Origin: Macrostomum lignano
Taxonomy: Eukaryota
NCBI GenBank assembly: GCA_002269645.1
Contig: NIVC01000190.1
Span: 62,001 to 126,000 of the forward strand
Direction: 5' to 3'
Length of the DNA stretch: 64,000 nucleotides
Part shown: positions 58,689-64,000 of the stretch, in pieces
Layout: every line of letters starts with the position of its first letter
Position numbering within the stretch: the first letter of the stretch is position 1
Program-made: the position numbers and the translations under genes
Notes under the pieces: generated by a model
Seen by the model: the letters and a program-made list of their open reading frames with translations, nothing else
Database searches by the model: none
What the model was told of the DNA's origin: nothing

Positions 58689-64000
<5,312 letters not shown>

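Overview
Eukaryotic (invertebrate animal) genomic DNA with GT-AG introns. The gene set and TTAGGG-derived repeats suggest a spiralian, possibly a flatworm such as Macrostomum; this is inference. Host genes modelled by hand with phase-consistent splice junctions: the last two exons of a PLCL (phospholipase C-like) gene (+); a small COA3-like single-TM ORF (-); a BRF2-like TFIIB-family gene (-); two complete 12-exon ionotropic glutamate receptor/IR-family paralogs (+; 18861-24369 and 52683-56961); and a PDF-receptor-like class B GPCR (-) running off the right edge. The two iGluR paralogs are a mosaic. Two tracts encoding most of the amino-terminal domain are near-identical including introns, while the signal peptide, exon 3, ligand-binding domain and channel are strongly diverged, and both carry a non-canonical gate (AF[N/T]GDLTAH instead of SYTANLAAF). 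Most of the 28 kb between them is one four-level transposon nest with readable ends: a hAT-type element (25195-48477, 34-bp perfect TIR, 8-bp TSD) holds an integrase-only Gypsy element and a 16-kb CACTA/EnSpm-type element. That element holds a small TIR element whose left TIR is split by a second, apparently intact 7-kb CACTA-type element. Both CACTA-type elements encode a transposase plus a spliced DUF4806/BEN-like partner gene. Many mini- and microsatellites and smaller TE insertions with TSDs are also present.
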